A stretch of DNA of 64,000 nt, taken from the NCBI GenBank assembly GCA_002269645.1, contig NIVC01000359.1, positions 186,001 to 250,000 of the forward strand, written 5' to 3'. Below the pieces are notes generated by a model. That model saw nothing but the letters and a program-made list of their open reading frames with translations, was not told where the DNA came from and did no database searches. How positions within the stretch are numbered: the first letter of the stretch is position 1; every line of letters begins with the position of its first letter. Shown piece after piece: positions 63,058 through 64,000 of this stretch. Both the position numbers and the translations under genes were made by a program. Source of the DNA: Macrostomum lignano (taxonomy: Eukaryota).

Positions 63058-63891
63058 GCTGCGTCTTGAAATACATGCAGAGCTATGAAATTCTAGTAGT
63101 CTATCCATTGACACGAGATGCACAGAAATATAATTCTGTTTAGCTAAAATCCTTTTTCAGTAACAAAGCAAAACTTGAAAATCAATGTTTTGATTAAAAT
63201 GCATATGATATTGTGACGAGACCCTTCTGAGTTCGGTACTGACGGCTATGCACAATAATAAATTGAGTCTTCGTAGTAAGAGACAGTCTTACGGCCGAAT
63301 CGAGTTGAATTGTGTTGAATATTTGAATTTTAGTTCTATCGCCGTTAAATTCTTGGTGCTAAACTACCGCAAACGGACACAACGCGGCGGACCAACCGAA
63401 AAGCACGAGAGACGGCAGATGAGAGTGAAAAGCGCCTGCAAATCGTGATTTAACAGTATTTTAAATAATACAATATTTCCATGAAAGATACCGTAAAACA
63501 AAATTTTAAACGTACACATTGAATAACTTTGAAATTTGCTAATAAAAAGTAGATAAATTATTAAAATACTAAGGAGCCATTATTAATACTATATTATTTA
63601 CGAACAACTATATTATTTACGATCAACATCGTTATAAATGGCTCTGAAAAATCCCGTAAAAATGAATCGCTGAAAAATGCCTTGAATGGGCGTCAGTAAG
63701 ATGTCTGAACATACGATGTTTCAAGATTCCAATCTTAACTTCTAGAATCGCATGTAGCCTTCCTCTTGGTTGATCTTTGACTGAAGGTTTTGCATTTTGT
63801 TTCAATTGTTTTGCACGAGTTGAAGCTCCTACTGGAGAGTAATATTATTTATATTTATTAGTAATATTTGCTGTTTCGATTGCGCCGTCAG

Positions 63892-64000
63892 GGGGCTGGC
63901 AGCGTGGAGGCTGGAGCCACTGGCAGCCAGGACGTCGAGATGCTGAAGGCGGAGAAGCAGCCCTGTCTAGTGAATCTACGCAAAGAGTCGAGCATGCCCT
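63892..64000 (+). CDS. Possible start of a GC-rich exon running off the right edge
   Basis: AT-rich intron-like sequence ends in CCGTCAG, followed by open frame GAGSVEAGATGSQDVEMLKAEKQPCLVNLRKESSMP; no recognisable homology. Confidence 0.25.

Overview
AT-rich, repeat-dense eukaryotic (animal) genomic DNA. GC-rich exons and a different minisatellite in nearly every intron suggest a free-living flatworm such as Macrostomum (inference only). Seven intron-consistent or single-exon host genes were reconstructed by hand: a TRIM-like RING/B-box gene (+), a KH-domain gene whose C-terminal half resembles eIF2-alpha domains II-III (+), an R3HDM4-like gene (-), a Mn-type CDF/MTP transporter (-), RAD17 (-), CEP19 (-) and a 4xCCHC zinc-knuckle protein with a mitochondrial-presequence-like N-terminus (-). 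An uninterrupted ORF of at least 692 codons (2076 to 1, minus strand) runs off the left edge and is absent from the ORF track; it has zinc fingers and a region resembling a tyrosine-recombinase core-binding domain. Mobile DNA includes a full-length but nonsense-disabled Ty3/Gypsy (CsRn1-like) element, a 4.1-kb CACTA/EnSpm-like element that splits an intronic minisatellite, Tc1, hAT, Helitron and RTE-LINE relics, and several MITEs. Top leads: the KH-KH-eIF2alpha(II-III) fusion, the zinc-finger/recombinase-like ORF, and an ATG-less CEP19 that may use a spliced-leader AUG. All protein similarities were recognised by eye from remembered family sequences; no database search was run.
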